Part shown: positions 37,601-49,144 of the stretch, in pieces
Position numbering within the stretch: position 1 is the first letter of the stretch
Layout: every line of letters begins with the position of its first letter
Source of the DNA: Klebsormidium nitens
Lineage: Eukaryota > Plantae > Klebsormidiophyceae
Direction of reading: 5' to 3'
DNA length: 64,000 nucleotides
Assembly: GCA_000708835.1 (NCBI GenBank)
Contig: DF237300.1
Coordinates: 1 to 64,000 of the forward strand
Position numbers and translations under genes: made by a program
Notes under the pieces: model-generated
Seen by the model: the letters and a program-made list of their open reading frames with translations, nothing else
Database searches by the model: none
Told to the model about the DNA's origin: nothing

Positions 37601-38543
37601 CGAAAATGTCGACTCTGCGCTTTTATGTTGGTCGGGTGCTGGGGGACAGACGCTGCGGAAGTCCCCTGACGCTGAAGAAGAGGAATTACACCCCGCGGAA
37701 CAAAGGGGGGGACACATGCTCGATTATCTGAGTTCTGACTTTTCGGATTTTGGACTTCGATCGGAAATTGGCGTTCTGGAAGGAAAACGCCGTGGGAGAT
37801 TGGATTCAAGATACTGACGGACCTGCTGGCGCTGCTCAAGAAGAGGACGTGCAACCCGGAGATCAAGGAGGTGAGCGCGCACGCGACCTTTTGGAGGGTC
37901 CATGTTTCCGCGTCCATAACTCGGTTTGAGAACGAAAGGAGGCCTTGCGGATGATTGGACATTCGAAGCTAGATAACCTCCTGACGGCCTTAGTACGGAG
38001 CTGATGGTGGCAGACTGATGATTCGAGGGTCGTCTCTTCATGGCAAGCTGTTTTTCCTGTCTTAAGCCTTATTCAGAACAAGAGAAAAGGGTTTGAAGTC
38101 TGGACGGACTGGCTATCAGTCGTAGATTAGGCGGGGCTCATGTCAGCGGGGTTTTTGTTAGACTCTCGCCGCCAACCAAGGGGATGTGCGATTTGCAGGG
38201 CAAAGACTTGGGTCAAATGAGAAATATATGTTTCTCAAAGCCAAGCTTCAGCATCTCGTCATTTACATAGACCGTCATTATGGTCATACTGTGTGATTCC
38301 ACACGGACTCGGCTTACCGTATCAGCTTTCTGGTCTACTTGAATCCCCTCATCATTGGAAAGCCGCGCTTAGGAGATTTCCAAACCCTCAAAAGCCCGGC
38401 AGTTGTGCACCTTCAGGAAAGATAAACTCAACTAGTCTGAATTCGTTTTCTTCCAGGAAAAGGACAACCTGCAAGCCGTCATCAAGAAGGCGGTCAGCGT
38501 GGAGAAGATCAACGGAGTCAGCATGCTTCGTGCGAAGAACTAA
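31681..38543 (+). CDS. RAP74: transcription initiation factor IIF large (alpha) subunit, ~540 aa, 8 exons
   Basis: Exons 31681-31977, 32731-33026, 33590-33872, 35098-35220, 35914-36051, 36245-36448, 37197-37391, 38457-38543. Plant-type N-terminal Cys cluster (CERCGVSKDLYGSQCGHLTLCQACG), then LEGGQQASY, SWYNF, TLEEAEE, GEDWEHDEAFSDDDE and a C-terminal winged helix. Confidence 0.93.
34535..35005 (+). repeat. three intronic copies of the RAP74 exon 4 acceptor and exon start
   Basis: GCAGGG(C/T)(A/G)AGGA(C/T)TGGG(A/T)(G/A)CACG at ~34569, 34788 and 34975; the real junction is GCAG|GGGGAGGACTGGGAGCACGAC at 35094-35098. Confidence 0.85.
37462..37880 (+). repeat. three intronic copies of the RAP74 exon 7 3' end plus donor
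   Basis: Copies read ETLQVTGPTTLKELLARLKKRKCNPQTRE|GTGGGC (37462-37555), a degenerate copy (~37645-37720) and TDLLALLKKRTCNPEIKE|GTGAGC (~37814-37876). Confidence 0.85.
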
Positions 38544-40118
38544 TGCGGGTCCAGGTTCGGATGGTTGGTTTCAACCGTTCGCTAGCAACTTGACCGATTT
38601 GCTCCATGGTCGGTGAGAAGCCACCAGAGAAAAGTGCGCCAAAGCAGAATTCGCAAGGCAACAAAAGGTTGCCAGTGGGGCGGCAAGATGAGGTGGAGGT
38701 GCAGTGCGTCGTCTTTGGAAGGCAAGCGCCTCAAGTCGAGCAGGATCAAGCACGGAAGATCAATACTGCGTAGTTTGGTGGGGCATTCAAGCGACCAGTG
38801 CGGCGGTGACCTTTGTGAATGAGAGTACTGGTTTAAGTCCTTCAAGAGAAGGTAGCGCCAGGCTGGACATTGACAAACGAGTGCTTTACTTTCTGCTTGA
38901 GGGGAAGCTTTGGCTTTCAAACTGAGAGCGAGTAGTGGTACCTAACTTCTTGTGCGAAGTGCGAATTGGTGAAGTAAAGAAAATCTGGAGAGGGGATTCG
39001 TTGAATGGATGCAAGAGAACCTTTTACAACTGAGGAATGCAAGTGATCCTTTGTACTGAAAATTTCTCGTGCCGTGACCTGATCGTGCAGTCATGATTGA
39101 TCATGGAAGTCTGCTACTAACCTGCGAAATCGTGAACACAACCGGAATGGCTGCCACATGTGTGCTGTGAGGTCGGGAATCGATCCATCGTATTCTATAT
39201 GCTGACTCTTGTGCGCGCACTCTGCAGATCGCATAACTTGAAATCGTGACTGAGTGGACCAATCACATTTATGCACTAAAAAAGATTACCTACTAGATTA
39301 TATATTTCTGAGATTCTAGCCCGTCTACGACAGATCTGTATCGCGATATCGATCAGTCAGTGCAGGGAAATATGAAAATATATGTGACCGGGCGCAGAAA
39401 CTTGCATGCCGTTCCATGATGGGCCTGACTGCATGTCTATATTCACGGCGCGAGCTGTACCGCATGCACATGACCCGCATTCGCGTCATGGCCGCACGCA
39501 GATTTTTTTTTGGTTTGATTATATACTTATATAAGCAAAAATTGGTTCAGATCAATCTCCGGCCATTGGAAGCAACTTACTGAGTGCATGTGGCGAGTTA
39601 CGTCAAGTTTGAAGTGCATCGCGCGTCCGCTTCATTTGAAACGTCTGTTATGCTCTCGGTCAATCGGGCCTAGCTGCCTCAGACCATGAATTCAGATCGA
39701 TCCAAAAAAGCCGATAAGAGGAGCTGGAGCTGAGAGTACGCAGGCCCGCAACGATCCACATGATCTTTGGCGGCATGGTGCACTACCGGTTGGAAACGTC
39801 GAATCTCACATGCTGAGCCATATCGTGGTTCTTGATTGGATCATGTTGGATCAGGATGCTCAGTTTGCAACGAATCTGAGAGAGCTAGAGATTGTCCTTA
39901 CCCTGCCCCAGTCTTAATGGAGAGCGTCTTTAACCAAGTAGCCTGATGTGTATTCGATATCTTGCATATTTGAGCTCGACTTTAACCGTCTCGTTTACGA
40001 CCTATGTATCTTGATCTACCTACATGCATCTACATTGTCCAGCTCAACATGAGTCCGCCTGTTTGCTAACACTGGTCTATAGCTATAAAGTCACAACGTC
40101 GTTGAAGTTGCAGCAACT

Positions 40119-41403
40119 TCAATCTTTCGAGAACTTTCTAATATCCGAGTTAGCCATGAATTGTTCCCAGTTTTGGCCGTCAGCCTGATGAATGGTCACA
40201 CTGCGTACTGTACCCGGATCCAAGCAATGCACGGTAACCGCATAGCCGTCTGGATTCGATCGCGGCACGTAAAAGGAGCAGATCCCGCACACTTTACAAA
40301 ACAAATGCTGCAGAAAACGGGGAACACGTGGCTGCTGAACGGCTTGACTAACTTCAAATGCAGACTCCAACAGTTCATGAGAGTGGAGAGTTGAAGGAAT
40401 GGGTCGTTTGAATACTGCACAGCAACAATTGGTCCAGAGTGAAATTCTTGTATGGTAGAATATAAGGAGGTAGGCTGCACCTCACCTTGGCAACTCCTGT
40501 GTTGAACTGGTAGTTAGAGAGATACTTTCCACTACCTTTCTGGAGATGAAATCTTGTGCTAGGCACAATGAAGTGTGTGTTTCTTTTCATCGCACATATT
40601 GAGCAGTTGCAGTCCCACACAACCAGGTCTGCTGGTGCATCCACCTGTAAGGAGCGAACATGCCAGTCACAGTTTGTAACTCAATTGTGGTTCAGTGTCC
40701 TTCTGCAACTAGATGCAACCCATAAAGCAATCTTCATCGCTGACAAGTTGATTGCTAAAGACATGGCCGCTGCTTGTGATGATGTCAGGAGAGAATCTGA
40801 TCAAACCGTGGACACAGAGGCTCTCAAGTGATTAAACAGAGCTGCAGCAGTGCACCCTGCTAGCTGATTGCTGTCAACCGGCAAAATGAGGGTCAGCTCC
40901 GTGATACATTGCAGAAAGTTTTTGCCTGAAAATATCCAATTGTTGTATTGTGCCTGATCTGGTAGGTCTCTCCAGCTAGACAATGCTCGCTTGTCGCACA
41001 CAGTTTGCTTGCTCAAGAACAAAGGCAGGAAGAAGCAATGCAAGCTGGCCAGGACTGGATTGCTCAAGGACGGCGCAGCAACTTTTCGGGCAGAAAGCCA
41101 ATACAAGCTGGTCTAAAGATAGAGAATTATTTTCCAATGCTGTGCTAGATGCAACAGTGATTAGCAGGCCCTCTTTGTTGTTGGCCCCGTTATTGTGAAA
41201 GCTTGATATCTTGAACAGCAGAAATGTGTCAGAGTATTCGAGTTTGGTATAGCTTGCAGGAAGTTTAAGTGTCATAAGAGAAGCAAGTGAAGCCCCACTG
41301 CACTCACCTCAAAGCGAACGCTACGGCAGTGACAACCGCCAGCATGCCTGACAAGCTGGCCTTCTCCCGCCTGCTCACTCGCTGTCTTCAGCTCAACATG
41401 CAT
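40119..41403 (-). CDS. CENP-V / GFA (Mss4-like zinc-binding) family protein, 147 aa, 3 exons
   Basis: Exons 41403-41308, 40644-40486, 40307-40119. Motifs HAGGCHCRSVRF, DCNCSIC, YQFNTGVAKHLFCKVCGI, PRSNPDG, DGQNWE. Confidence 0.92.
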
Positions 41404-42930
41404 TCTCAATGCTGATCAAACAGAAGGCGTTTTCCCAGATTGCTCAACCAACTCAGGACCCAACTCAAAACCCGTGCTCAGAGTCGCTAGCTTTCGTGCA
41501 GCGCTAGGAATTCGAAACAGGGCCAAACTTTCTTTTGTATGATGGCTCTTTTGAGATCTTGCAAAGACAGCCAGGATTTGAAACCGTAAGTACTTATCGT
41601 GCCTCCATTTAAATTTGAAGGTTTTATAGCTGTAATATTAGTCAAGAAGCGAAGCTTGAGAAGCTTCAGTAATTCATGCGCAGCAGATTGCTTGTCTTGA
41701 GCTCACTATAGCCTCCAGTCTACCTACCTACTGTCCAGAGGTCCAGGTGCTGTCGCCAGAAATAGCTGCCGCGGGTCGCCCTAGCGGTGCCGTCGTTACA
41801 AAAGTTGAAGGTCCAATAGACCCCGTAGCTCAAGAAACGGCAGGTCCTCAAACCGGTCCTCACTTTCCGAGTGACCCGTTACGGCGACCAGTTATCCGAC
41901 ACATCCTAATAGTTCATCGAAAATGCAAGCTCACTGTCGCAAGTTCCTTGTATCCTCGTCCATTCATCGCCAGGCGCAGGCTGTTTTTGAAAGAAAATCA
42001 TGGATTCTATCGGCGGCGGCTCAATTCAAGTATCAACATCGCAGGCCTCTCACAGCGCACGGGTCCAGTATAACCATATTCGATAAGATATTCTTGTCAG
42101 ACAATCTGGCTTTCACCATCACAAGCCTGCTAGTATGCACACATATTTCAAGAGTTCAGCTTGATCCGTTTATACTCCACAGTGCTCTAGAACTCAAACG
42201 ATTGTCGCCCTTGAAATCAACCACGCTGCCTGAATACTGTGCAGACTTGCTTGACTCTGTCGCATGCATGGCAGAGACAGTGTGTTTCTATGCTGGTCAC
42301 GTTTGAAACGGCGGTCAAGTATACCGGCACTTCGAGCTGCTTTGAAGCGAAGTTCGAAGGGATTCTGACAGCGCTTGCAGATGCCACCGACTATAATTGA
42401 GCTGATATTCAAGGAATCTGCAGATGGGACTCGAGGTGCTAAGTGTTAAGATGGACTGAATCGACGAAGTGTGCACGCATCCCACGACACGAGGGACCTT
42501 ACTTTTCCCTCTGAACGCAGTCTCGTTAACAGAATCACGTAGAAAACGGTGAAAAATGGGGAATGTTCGACTGAACGGTTGGTTCACTTGCAGAGGTATA
42601 CTGATTGCATCTCTAGTTTCGTACGATTAACGGGCCTCCAGTTCGATTCTGAATCTCAACTTCTCGAGACTGAGTTCGCCTCACTTTACACCTTCCTCTC
42701 GCCTGTAGGTAATTTTACTTACGATACATCCGTCGGCCGCCTACTTATCTAGGAAGCTCCCTCTCAATCTCGAACCGTGTCCTCAAGCTGTGTTTTCCTT
42801 CCGTTAGCAGTCCGGTCTTTTCGCATCACACTCCGGCAGAAATGCTGGTCCTTTCATACTACTGTACGTATTTATCAGTAAGGTCAGTCGGATCTCAAGG
42901 GATTTTTCCTGATGGGCATCGACGATTTTG

Positions 42931-45900
42931 CTAACGGCCACTTGTGCCTGCTGACCCGCTGCTGGGCGCATTGAGACACGTGCCCCCGGTTCCCGGTTTG
43001 GTGAACGGGGGGCTTGCCCCGTGGCACCGTGCCTCGCACTCGTTGCCGTACAGGGCCCCGGTTGAAGAACAGACCGGGGAATAGACAGCGATACAGATGC
43101 ACTGGCCTGCAAGCGACATGCTTAGTAGGTTCAGAAAAAAAGGTCGACGTCCTTCTGCACGGCCCGGGATTCTCAAGACTTGACTAAACCCGGAAAACGT
43201 CTTTTGAGGAGGAGTCGAGCGACAAAACGGGGACGCACGATGAACTGTCCGCCAATAGAGCAAGCTGAAAGGTAGATCCAAGTCATAATGCATGTTTGCC
43301 GACGAAGTGCGGTGGTTCAGCTGATTGCGGCCTTGGACCTTCGAAAGCAGAGCTATCGTGGAGTTCCTAAAGCTGTCAAAGTCGGAATCAACATCCGTTT
43401 CACGGTCCGTCAACTCCTTGACCGATATCCCTCTTCGTCCTCCATCATTCAGGACTGAAGAATTGATTGCGCCTTGTTGAACCTTGTTGAACAGGATTAT
43501 CAGAAAACGTCGACGAGAGTCAAGAAGATAACCACCAAGAAACAGCTCCAGAAACGCTCGTCAAGTTTAAACCAATCGCGGTTCTGATCTTACCGCAAGC
43601 TCCTGGGAAGTAGGACTTCTTGGCGCATTTGGCGAGGCATGCGTTCTTGTACGTCTTGCCGTCGGACCCGCACACCGGGTTCTGGTCGTTGGAGCAGCCG
43701 CACGAGCTCGTCTGGGCGCCTGCAAACCATTCCGGATTCGTCACTTTACGGGAAACAGAAAGTGAGTTGAAACGGGCTTTCCGTAGCTCTGGCTTGCGTT
43801 TGTTCAAGACTTGCCGTTTGAACCCGCACACAGGGTTCTGTCGTTGGAGCAGCCGCACGAACTCGTCTGGGCGCCTGCAAACCATTCCGGATTGGTCACG
43901 ACCTTGGAAAGAGAATTATTTACATACGGGCTTTCCGTATCTTTGGCGGAGCTTGCGATTCTTCATGACTTGCCGTTGGAATCGGCACACCGAATTTTGG
44001 CTCGTTGGAGCAGCCGCACGAGCTGGCCTGAGCGCCTGCAAACGACTCCATATTCGTCCCGAGAGTGAATCTACAATCTCGTCGTTCTGGGCTCTTTGTC
44101 TGTTTAAGAGTATTGCATCGCTGTTCGCTGTGAAACGGCCTTCTGTAGGACAGTCGCTCTCGACCTTCCTAAAAAGACGGCCACAGAGAGAGAGACACTC
44201 CTCCGCCTTTACTGGACGAGTGACCAGGTTTTCTTGAGGCAGAAGTGAACATATCGTGCCCCAGGAATTGAGACGGCTCTGAGTAGCTAGGCGCCGTTGA
44301 GTAAATTGTTTTCCGATGGCAGACCTCGATTCCGTTCACACGATGAGCTACGGCGCAGGAGCGGAACCGGAACAGCGAGTATGAGAGACACCCTTCACGA
44401 TTTTGGTGAAGGGCGACAAGGAAAGACGCTGCAGCGAGTCTTATACGGATCACCATCCACGTTTCCCACTCAGTTCATAGTCAGCCATTGTTATCTTCCG
44501 CTGGCCACCTAGTCGCCACTTATTCGTGGCAAGAGGCAGTCCAGAAAAGCAAAGCGTCTATTTGCATTAGAAAAGGGTCTTCTGACCTGCCTCCCCTTGA
44601 ACCACAGCACTTCGAACGATGACGTGCTTTTGACTATCCTAGAGTTTGACAGAGGTGTCAGAACGGAAGCAAACGAAGTGATGTCTGGAAAAGGGGAGTG
44701 CACGTGACGTCAGGCTCACCGCATTCCCCCTTCTTGTAAGGACCGCTGATGCCGTGGCATTGCGCGTCGCACGTGTTGATGTACGTCTTGTTGTCGGATC
44801 CGCACACTGGCACCCAGTCGGTTGGGCAGTTGCACGAACCTGGAGACACGTGGCAGAAAGTGACGTCAGAAGGGAACCAAACAATGTCTGTAAATCGCGG
44901 TAAATTTAGGGATGGAGTTTTATCAATGGAGCATAATCTACTTACAGCATCCACCACAGTCGCAGGAAGCCACGATACTCGCTGAAATGGCGGATTAAGA
45001 ACCTCTTCTCCAGAAAACGCAATGACATACCCTGAGTCCCTTCAAAGAAATTCTCGGCACCGAAAAGCGTTGAATGAGACGCTCGCAAGGCCTCAGAAGA
45101 GATCTGTCCCGCTGGGGAATCGGTTGGAAATCGAACCACAAAGCATACGAATCCTAATGAAAGCGACCAACTAGATGTCTGTCTAAGGAGAAGAGTCTGT
45201 TTGCCCATAGCCGAAACGTCGAAAAAGTATACTGCTTTGCCTTTTTTTGTTCCCTCGGAAAGAGGAAATTGGATAAATCCTACGTGGAGAAACCTGCGAA
45301 GCGGCTTGTATCGGAGGTAAGTACGCTCGGCGAAGCGGAGCGACGCTGAAGGCAAGGCCCCAGCAATGAGCTTCTTCCCTGAAAGATGAACCGCAATCCT
45401 GCCGAGTCGCTTTCAAAGTTAAGCTTTTTGGCGCTTGCAAAATCGACGAAGCGGAGCGACGCTGACTGCTCGCTGCACGGCCCCGGGAATGAGCTCCTTC
45501 CCCTGTCCTAGAAGATGAACCGCAATTCTACTAGGTTGCTTTTTCCATTCAAGGCCTTTAGCCCCTACACATTCGGCGAAGAAGGAGAGACAACTAGTTG
45601 CTCACCGCAGGGCCCCGGGAAATAGCTCGCCCCCTTGCACTTGGCCATGCACGCGTTCTGGTACGTCACACCGTCCTGCCCGCACACCTGGTACGTCGAG
45701 TTATCGCACCCGCAGCCGGCGGGGGTGGCTGGCGCGGGGGCCGGAGCGGGCGCACGCGCGGGGCCTTGAGCTGCAGAATTCCGTACTTTTCTTTTTCACT
45801 CTTTGTCTTTTAGATTCGTTCCTGGTTGAAGGCACGGGTATTTCGGCCCTGATCTTGGCATACTGGCAGCCCGCGGGGTGGATCGGGGCGGGGGCTGGCG

Positions 45901-48900
45901 CAGGCGCGCGCGCGCGGCCTTGAACTGCAAAATTGACGTCTTTTTTCTATGTTGTTTCCAGACTTTTGTCTTCAATATCGTTCTGTCTGAAGGGTATGTT
46001 GGCATACTGGCAGCCGGCGGGGCCTTGACCTGCAGGAATATCGTTTGGATTTATTCATGTCCGATAGGTAGGGATCTTCTCGTAGACGGCGAGAGTGTTT
46101 TGCCCACATTTGGCTGTTCGGAGTGGCCGGCGGGCGGGGGCGGCCGCTTGACCTGCAAAAGTATCGCGCTTCCTGGTCTTTCTTTGCCTTTGTTATTTTC
46201 TCTTCGTTTTGAAAGCTCGAGTGTGTTTGTCCTCGTTTGGACCACTGGTAGCCGACGGGGGTGGCCGGGCGGGGCGCGAGGGCGGGCGCTTCACTCGCAG
46301 CAGGGTTGCCTTTCTTCTTGTTGATCGTTGTCTTCTCGGCGACGTCAACGATTGCATTGTGTCTTCGACGCGTTCTGAGCCCAAGGTCACGGTTCGAATA
46401 GCAGTTCGACAGCTTTCCGCTCAGAAGATGAGTTCTTGCTCCATCCCGTTTCCTGATGATAAGAGTGCAGTATCCAATTTTCCCAAAAGCCGGAAAAGCA
46501 AATTTCCTTACCGGTAGGCAAGCAGACACCTCGTCTCCCAGCGTCAGGATTTGAGAGGGGCGTCGTAACCGGGGTCAGGTGGCAGGTGTAACCCGCAGGG
46601 CAGTCGATTGGCTTGATGTTACCCCCCTGGCGGCAGGTCGGGGGAGTGGTCGGGGAAGAGGCGTTGCAGTCGACCTTGTGGCCCTTCACGAACCAGTCCG
46701 CGTTGCAACCGCCGCAATAGTTGGCTTGACACGTGGCGGCGGGGAAGGCAGGGCACTGTATTCAAGAAAAGGGACGGAATTTTGAATCTTGACTTGTTCT
46801 GTACCTCGTGCAAGGTCGGGTCAACGGACGAGCAAGGGAGAGGTTTGTAAGGTATTCGAGTATCTGCAAATTAGCCTTTGTTGGATCGCCCGAGATAACC
46901 AGAGTGCGTCGAAATCTTTATTGCTTCACTGCAAAAGACTGACAATATCGTCAAGATCGGACTCAATGAAGATGTATCATCCTCCCAGCATTGACAGCAG
47001 TCGGCCTTAAGAAGTGCCAGTGGTAGAAAAGCCGTCATGAGGCATCCCACGAAAAGCCCCAGATCTCATTCAAGCTGACCGTAGGTATCTTTGCTTTCCT
47101 GGCGCAATTGTCAGGTGTGGCGCACCTTATTGACCTGGCATGGGTCGGCAAAGCAGCGCACAAGAGGCGTTGTCGTGCAGACGAGGCTGGAAAACAAAAA
47201 GAAGGGGACGTCAACGACGTACCTTATGAACCTGGCATGGGTCCGCAAAGCAGTCCGCAACAGGTGTTTTTGTGCAGACAACGCTGAAAAACAACAGAGA
47301 GGGGCCGTCAACGGTCTTTCAACGTGACCATGCAGCGCTTCTGCGGAACCACCACAGTGAGCCCCTATAACGACGTTTCCTTTCAATTGCAGAGGTGCTT
47401 TGTGCGCTGCCTAACCCCCTCTCGTCTTACAAATTACAATTGCGTCTATTAATACGGGGCTCGTAAGCTCAACCTCACCCCCGGAGGTCCGGAGGTCTAG
47501 AGCTCTGAGTTTTCTGATAATCGTGAAAGGACACATGACATCGAATGTGAAGAAAGAAGGACACGAAAGCACTCTTCTCGTTATCGAAGTGCATTGTAGA
47601 CGAGATTAAAGATTCAGTGTAGCGTCTACGTTTAGACTGGACACAGAAACTTTGCAAGCAAACCTTGCTGAGACGCTGTTGTTGCTATCAAAAACTAAGC
47701 AGATTGGCGATCGGAAAGACCAAGAAAGCCTTTCCTTTCTCAAGGTAATTCATGGCTTACATTGTGTTCCATACCTTGATACCAAACCACAGACTGGACA
47801 CGTGAAAGGGAGTCATCATCAGATCTGTCAACGAAAAGCAGTTGTCAGGCCTCGGACTCACGTGGCGTTTGAGCCCTTCCTCTGGTTGCCCTGACACGTG
47901 CAAGTATTGCAGCCATCGCCTGAGGGGAAGCTCGCTCCGACTACGTAATAGGTGGCCGTCGGGAGATGGTTGCACATCAGGGATGGAGCAAACTTGTGGC
48001 ATGTGCCGTTATGCGCAATGCCTTGGTCTGGGTCGCCGACGCTCTTGATGGCACAGCTAAGGGAAAGAAATGCACCAGGAAATAGAAGTGTCACACCTGG
48101 TGTGTTTACAGGAGCTCAGCATTCATTCTGCACAGCTTCTGCTTCGATATGCTACTCTGCTTAGAGATCACAACTGCAAATTCGGATACAGAAACTTGAG
48201 CAACTTTACCCTGAACAAAATGACCATTCACATACAGCACCTTGATAGCAATCCTCACAGAGGCTGTGTGGTCCTGGAAGGGCTTGAATGAGAGGAAGGG
48301 CAGGCGACAGATACTCACACAGTGCCAGGCTTTCTGCACGCAACTGCTTCTTCAGTTCCAACTGAACAGAAGCCCGGGGGCAGGCTGGCTGTGGCGGCAG
48401 ATGCTGCACAAGAGAAGAGTTTGCTGCCATTCAGAGCCGTTCTTAACCACAGCTAGCTCGATTGAACACAATCAGATCGCCGCTGCTCTGACAGGCCAAC
48501 TTGATTCGCTGTACAGACAGTGAGACGCTTCAATCAATCGCAAATGATTCTGTACTAGCGAAATGGCCTGCGAACCAGCCGCAGAATATGGAACGAGAAT
48601 GGGGATGCTCACAGAGAGGACTTTACGAGAAAAGCGGTACTTTAATCAACCGGTCCCAAAATATTGATATTGCTGACCCAAAAGCCCTCCACCTAGCTTA
48701 CTAGCAAAGGTCTAATAATCTGTTCGCCAAATCAACAAAGCATGATAATTGTTCATCACTATTGGCTTGATGGTAATCGTTTAGTCCCATCGCAAGCATC
48801 AACTGTATCACATTTACTTGAGAATGCATAGCCTCCTCTCCTCCATCGCTTTGTCTGTCCTGCCTTATGTCGTTGAAGGTAGCAACCAAGCAAGCATGCT

Positions 48901-49144
48901 GCCGATTGTCTAGAGCTGTCTACGTGAGGTCAATGCTGCCAAATGTGAATTACGCTCTGCTAAGCTGGCTCCACATTTTGGTGAAGGGAGCGCCGTGAAC
49001 CTCCGTCTTGACAAGGGCAAGTGTTGAGTAGGAGGCCCATGAACGAATACTATTTAGCGAAGGAGATAAAGATGCAAACTTACCAAGAGCAAAGGTCCCA
49101 CACAAGACCAAGAAAGCAGCAAGAGAAGCAAGGTGCCGCGCCAT
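42931..49144 (-). CDS. secreted Cys-rich multidomain protein with four Kazal-type protease-inhibitor domains, ~410 aa
   Basis: Signal peptide exon 49144-49084, then 48403-48319, 48056-47862 (GASFPSGDGCNTCTC), 47283-47223 OR 47186-47126, 46755-46512 (CQANYCGGCNA). Kazal exons are 45770-45606, 44839-44720, 43719-43594 and 43106-42931 (VCG.DG.TY.N.C.A.C pattern). All phases are consistent. Confidence 0.88.
43808..44045 (-). repeat. two intronic copies of the Kazal-3 exon acceptor and first ~70 nt
   Basis: Plus-strand TTGGAGCAGCCGCACGA.CT.G.CTG.GCGCCTGCAAAC recurs at ~43690-43730 (real), ~43845-43885 and ~44007-44045. Confidence 0.9.
45345..45506 (-). repeat. two decayed copies of the Kazal-1 exon 3' end and donor region
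   Basis: GCACGGCCCCGGGAATGAGCTC (~45475) and GCAAGGCCCCAGCAATGAGCTT (~45352) versus the real GCAGGGCCCCGGGAAATAGCTC (45607). The flank AAGATGAACCGCAAT is also repeated. Confidence 0.7.
45860..46165 (-). repeat. three decayed copies of the Kazal-1 exon acceptor and start
   Basis: GCCTTGA(A/C)CTGCA or GCTTGACCTGCA at ~45917, 46023 and 46146 versus the real GCCTTGAGCTGCAG at 45763-45776. GGCATACTGGCAGCC is repeated at ~45858 and ~46001. Confidence 0.75.
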
